DNA of 63,544 nt from Octopus bimaculoides (Eukaryota). The translations under genes and the position numbers were made by a program. Below the pieces are notes generated by a model. It was given only the letters and a program-made list of their open reading frames with translations, had not been told where the DNA came from and made no database searches. The DNA lies in assembly GCF_001194135.2 (NCBI RefSeq), contig NC_068986.1, forward strand, positions 105,887,730 through 105,951,273. The letters run 5' to 3'. Below, piece by piece: positions 57,699 to 63,544 of the stretch; within the stretch, counting starts at the first letter, position 1, and each line of letters begins with the position of its first letter.

Positions 57699-58497
57699 AC
57701 ACACATCATCATCATCGTTTAACGTCCGCTTTCCATGCTAGCATGGGTTGGACGATTTCACTGAGGCTGTTCCGTTGATCGGATGAACTGGAACCCTCGA
57801 CGTCGTAAGCGATGGAGTGCCAACATATATATATATATATATATATGCTTATGTACATATCTATACACATGTATGTATACACACTCAAACGTTCTACCAG
57901 TGTAGACTGAAGTTATTTAGCTGAGAGGAAGAATCAATAACAGTTTTGTTTCGCTTCCACAGACCCTTCTGTTGTAGCTTTAACAGGCAAAATAAAAACC
58001 AAAATAAACAAAAAAAGAAAAGTTGTTGGTCTGGCCCAGAATGAGAGCAATGTTGCTGCTCGGTGTTACAAACAAATCTGCCACAAGAGATCTTTCAATA
58101 AGGATTATCAACTGTTTCTGTATTTCTTTCTTGGTGGTTTTTTTTTTTTCTTTTCTTATTTCTTTTTTTTTTTGTAAATGTAGTCCACTTGTTTTGTTAG
58201 ATGGAAGCTCAATAATAACAACAACAGCAACAACAACGACAATGATAATGATGATGATGATGACGATAACAGTAATGATAAGAAAAAGCACAAACAAAGA
58301 TAATGATAAATAAAAATAATGGTAACAAAAAACAAACAAAGACATCAACAATAAATTACAAAAAAAAACCCAAAAAACAAACGAGGGAAGGAAAGGAATA
58401 CCATAATGATGATTGAACACAGCTAGTTTATTGTTTAAATTCTGAAGAGAGATTAATCACATGCAGCTTAATTTTCAACTTGATTGAGAAGAAGAGA

Positions 58498-58499
<2 letters not shown>

Positions 58500-58535
<36 letters not shown>

Positions 58536-58631
58536 ACAATAACAATAATAATAATAATAATAATAATGATAATAATAATAATGATAATAATAATAATAAT
58601 AATAATAATGATAATAATGATAATAATGATG

Positions 58632-58700
<69 letters not shown>
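58500..58700. repeat. Compound (TAC)n(AAT/GAT)n microsatellite
   Basis: Read directly; one of many microsatellites (others near 26480-26730, 29670-29800, 29890-30120, 36667-36750, 45755-45870). Confidence 0.95.
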
Positions 58701-61700
58701 GAAAAAAAAAGAAAAAGAAAAATCAAGCTGTCATTTTTGGTTAGTTATAGGTATTATTAAAGAAAATTGGTATCTGGCATTGCATTTCATTGGCTAGTTC
58801 TTTCTCGCTGAATTAAGTCTACGAGAGTGAATGCTAGATTTCAGATTGAAACAATTTTGCTTGTATCAATAATGTCTTGGGAAAAGAATGGATGTCACAG
58901 CTTTCATGTTTAATTCTCTATAAATCTAAGCCCCACCCAGGAGAGAAAGAAAGAGAAAAAAAATGGAAATTAGAATTTATTGCTTAACCCTTTAGTGTTT
59001 GAAGTAATCATACCTGGCCAAAATATCCTACCTGTTTTATGTTCTAACCAGCTAGATCTGGCCTCTTGTGCCTACCCTACAATGTCATTCTCAAAATGAA
59101 CAATCCCATTATTAAAATCTTAACTCTTTTGTTATTTCTTTTGAGATGCTCTGTGTTTCTTTCATTTAATTTTAAATATAACAAAAAATTTAGTAAAATA
59201 ACTTGGTTATCATTTAAGCTAGTGTTAGGAACATAAATTGTGACTAAGGTTTGGTGGAAGATTTTAAATCAGAACTTATGAAAACAAGTTGTTACTGAAT
59301 GGCAGATGGAACATTATAGTGAAGTTGAACATCTTATCTGGCCACCACAGTCCCCAGATCTCAATATTATCGAACTGGCACCCATGCCAACGTCTTCATT
59401 GAACACTAAACTCGGCTTGCGAAGACCTGTTGGGGCAAGCGAAAGTGAAATCGTGATGGCACCAGTACCAGTAAATCACTAAGAGCACCGTCCAAGTGTG
59501 ATCGTTGCCAGAGCACCAGCTGTCTGGCTTTCGTGCCGGTGGAACGTAAATAGCACCATTTGAGCATGACCGTTACCAACGTCGCCTTCCTGGCACTTGT
59601 GCCAGTGGCATGTGAAAAGACATTCAAGCGATGTCATTGCCAGTGCCACTGGACTGGCTTTTGTGCAGGTGGCACGTAAAATACACCATTTCNNNNNNNN
59701 NNNNNNNNNNNNNNNNNNNNNNNNNNNNNNNNNNNNNNNNNNNNNNNNNNNNNNNNNNNNNNNNNNNNNNNNNNNNNNNNNNNNNNNNNNNNNNNNNNNN
59801 NNNNNNNNNNNNNNNNNNNNNNNNNNNNNNNNNNNNNNNNNNNNNNNNNNNNNNNNNNNNNNNNNNNNNNNNNNNNNNNNNNNNNNNNNNNNNNNNNNNN
59901 NNNNNNNNNNNNNNNNNNNNNNNNNNNNNNNNNNNNNNNNNNNNNNNNNNNNNNNNNNNNNNNNNNNNNNNNNNNNNNNNNNNNNNNNNNNNNNNNNNNN
60001 NNNNNNNNNNNNNNNNNNNNNNNNNNNNNNNNNNNNNNNNNNNNNNNNNNNNNNNNNNNNNNNNNNNNNNNNNNNNNNNNNNNNNNNNNNNNNNNNNNNN
60101 NNNNNNNNNNNNNNNNNNNNNNNNNNNNNNNNNNNNNNNNNNNNNNNNNNNNNNNNNNNNNNNNNNNNNNNNNNNNNNNNNNNNNNNNNNNNNNNNNNNN
60201 NNNNNNNNNNNNNNNNNNNNNNNNNNNNNNNNNNNNNNNNNNNNNNNNNNNNNNNNNNNNNNNNNNNNNNNNNNNNNNNNNNNNNNNNNNNNNNNNNNNN
60301 NNNNNNNNNNNNNNNNNNNNNNNNNNNNNNNNNNNNNNNNNNNNNNNNNNNNNNNNNNNNNNNNNNNNNNNNNNNNNNNNNNNNNNNNNNNNNNNNNNNN
60401 NNNNNNNNNNNNNNNNNNNNNNNNNNNNNNNNNNNNNNNNNNNNNNNNNNNNNNNNNNNNNNNNNNNNNNNNNNNNNNNNNNNNNNNNNNNNNNNNNNNN
60501 NNNNNNNNNNNNNNNNNNNNNNNNNNNATTTGGCAGAGTTTCTACAGCTGGATGCCCTTCCTAACGCCAACCACTCAGAGAGTGTAGTGGGTGCTTTTAC
60601 GTGTCACCAGTACGAAGGCCAGTCAGGTGGAACTGGCAACGGCCACGATAATGAAAATAATTACAATGATGATGATGAGAATAATAGTGACAATGAACAC
60701 GACATGGTAATGATAATGAGGATATAAGCCATTGAAACAAATAGAGATTGGCAAAAAGCAAAACAAAAATCCCCCAAATTCCAAGCAAAACACAAGAACT
60801 CACTATATATATATATATATATATGTTTGTGTGTTTGTGTTTGTCCCCGCAACATCGCTTGACAACCGATGTTGATATGTTTATGTCCTCGTAACATAGC
60901 GGTTCGGCAAACGAGACCGATACAAAGAATAAGTCCTGGGAATCGATCTGTTCGATTAAAGGTGGTGCTCCAGCATGGCTGCAGTCAAATGACTGAAACA
61001 GGTAAAAGAATAAAAGAATACCTAAAGTAATTATAATTAATTTTCAAATTAGTGAAGAATCTGAAGGCATTTATTCCCGAATCGAATCCTTTTGTTATTG
61101 TATTTCAATTGAAATTCCACTGCTTTTGTTTCGATTAATAGTGGAAACAATGAAGGATTTAATAAAATAACTCTGACATTATAAAGCTGGTGTTTGGAAC
61201 ACAAATTGATATGAAATTGTGATGGACAGTTTTAATTAAGATCATTTTAAAGTTTTTAAATAATTGGTATATTTAGGTTGCAACTCAGAAACATAACTTA
61301 AGAAAAGGTTTTGACACAAAATTATGTTGGCTGGTTTTAAATTAAATATGAATTCCTTAATAGAGGTGGTTTTGTATCTAAGAATCAGAGATTGGCCCAA
61401 GCAGGGTGGCATTTGAAAAGGGTAGAACAAAGTATCAAGATGGACATTAAATGATGATGATGGTTATGATGATGCATGTATGTGCATGTGTGTATCATCA
61501 TCATCATCATCATCATTTTTACCATCATCACCATTATCATCATCATCTTCATGATCATCAGTCTACTCAACAAGCAAAAATGAGTCCTACTTGTATTTCA
61601 AAAGGGCCAAACTCGTCACACTCTGTGTCACGCAGAGTCTCCCTGAGAACTATGTTAAGGATACACGCCTGTGGAGTGTTCAGCCACTTGCAAATTAATT

Positions 61701-62020
61701 TCACAAGCAGGGTGTTCCATTCATTGGATCAATTGGAATCCTATATACATACAATGGACTTCTTTTCAGTTTCCATCTACCAAATCCACTCACAAGGCTT
61801 TGGTCAGCCCGATGCTATAGTAGAAGACACTTGCTTTAGAATGGTGGCAGCTGATGAAGGAAATGTTCTCTATGTGGCCTCTGTGTTTTCTGTACTCTGT
61901 TTATCATTGTGTCCACGTTTTTTTGCAACGTCCTGTACCCAGATATGCATCTATATATACATGTAGATGTAGGTATGTACATACATGTACGTATATATGC
62001 ATATACTCATATATTATTTG

Positions 62021-62106
<86 letters not shown>

Positions 62107-63221
62107 ATATACATGATGGGTTTCTTTCAGTTTCTGTCTACCAAATCCACTCACAGGCCCTTGGTCAGCCAGAAGCTATAGTAGAAGACACTTGCTCAAG
62201 GTGCCATGCAGTGGTATTGAACCCAGAACCATGTGGTTGGGAAGCAAGCACCTTACCACATAGCCTCACCAGTGCCTAAGTCAACTGTATTTTAGAATTT
62301 GTCACATTTCTATGAAAGAAGGCCAAGGAGGAAGAGACATTATAAAAATCATGGCAAATTCAATACACCATTGATTGAGAGCAATCTTCATTGTCAAAAA
62401 CATGGTGTTTACACCTGAGACAGTTGTGCTGTCAGGTTGAAGTACTGTAAACACAGGAAGGAAAACACACTCATTGAATGAATAAAAGACAAATGAAATA
62501 GTACTGTAGGGTTTGTGATATTCAGAGCAGCAAAAGAGAAGTGCATTAACTGAAGGAGAGAGAAATGGAATTCTATAGAAAGGAAAATGATTGGTCACTA
62601 TTCCCTTACAAGTTGACATCTCTTTAACTAATCACACATGTACATGGGTGATTGGTTAAGAACCTTGCTTCTCAACAATGTGGTCTCAGCTTCAATCACA
62701 CTGTGAGACACTTTGGGTAATATGTTATTTTTCTATAGAACTAGGCAAACTAAAGGCTTGTGAGTGGATTTGGTTGAGGAAAACTGAAAAATACCGGTTG
62801 TACATTTTTATTTTTTGTACATGTTTCGTGATGTCCTGTGCCCACACATGCATATATATATTGTCAGACAGACCTTGATGACTGCTATAAAGCAAGAAAG
62901 TATACTAGTCCTTATATATATTTAATACTCAATATTTCATATATTCAATAAGACATTCGATACTTCATTTCATTTTACTATTTATATTATATATTTCATA
63001 TTCTATATCCCACATTAATTTTATAAGAATATAAATAAAACATAAAAAACAGACAGAGTTGGAATTCTTTTAAATAATATATATATACGTACAGATGTGA
63101 GTATGTACATATACGTATGTATATATGCATATATATGTATATGTATATATATTATATTTATATTACTATATGATTGAATGCCACGCATCCTCTTCCAAGT
63201 AAGTTTTATCTTTTATATATC

Positions 63222-63544
63222 ATCATCATCATCATCATCGTTTAACGTCCGCTTTCCATGCTAGCATGGGTTGGACGATTTGACTGAGGACTGGTGAAAC
63301 CGGATGGCAACACCAGGCTCCAGTCTGATTTGGCAGAGTTTCTACAGCTGGATGCCCTTCCTAACGCCAACCACTCAGAGAGTGTAGTGGGTGCTTTTAC
63401 GTGTCACCCGCACGAAAACGGCCACGCTCGAAATGGTGTCTTTTATGTGCCACCCGCACAAGCCAGTCCAGGGGCACTGGCAACGATCTCGCTCGAAAAT
63501 CCTACAGGAGCCAGTCAGGCGGTACTGGCAACGGCCACGCTCAA
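63222..63544 (-). mobile_element. Family A copy, runs off the window end
   Basis: (CAT)n-CGTTTAACGTCCGCTTTCCATGCTAGC... reverse-complement form; similar copies at 12724, 13478, 16885, 30815, 39070, 46195 and 50715. Confidence 0.8.

Noticed and set aside
57963-58150. Plus-strand acceptor and open frame (PSVVALTGKIK...CYKQICHKRSF)
   Set aside because: Runs through poly-A and poly-T low-complexity sequence, has no donor and no recognisable homology.
61845-62000. CTGATGAAGG motif in a repeat also found at 16140-16285 (minus)
   Set aside because: No complementary stem II or downstream GAAAC could be found, so it is not called a hammerhead; possibly another Penelope-like end.

Overview
Eukaryotic, intron-rich and microsatellite/SINE-saturated DNA from a gapped short-read scaffold. 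The repeat families look like those of an octopus or other coleoid cephalopod (inference, no search run). Two nuclear genes for mitochondrial translation lie in tandem on the minus strand. GUF1 (mitochondrial EF4/LepA GTPase) has 17 exons located between 50258 and 27013, all GT-AG and phase-consistent, about 626 aa; its ATG exon was not found. RARS2 (mitochondrial arginyl-tRNA synthetase) has 11 exons from the ATG at 22511 to 2440, about 351 aa, and continues past a gap and the window start. The introns hold an RTE-type LINE 3' end family, at least three tRNA-derived SINE families, (TAA)n-targeted R4/Dong LINE fragments, hAT, piggyBac and Mutator-like MITEs, and Penelope-like fragments with hammerhead ribozyme motifs. 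The most notable item is a ~197-bp-arm near-perfect hairpin in a GUF1 intron with a hammerhead core at its apex on the pre-mRNA strand. Also notable are an intact minimal hammerhead at 54948-54993 and two GUF1 codons that A-to-I editing would restore to conserved residues. Most ORFs in the supplied track are artefacts of N-gaps, microsatellites or SINEs. Repeat boundaries are approximate; exon boundaries were read base by base.
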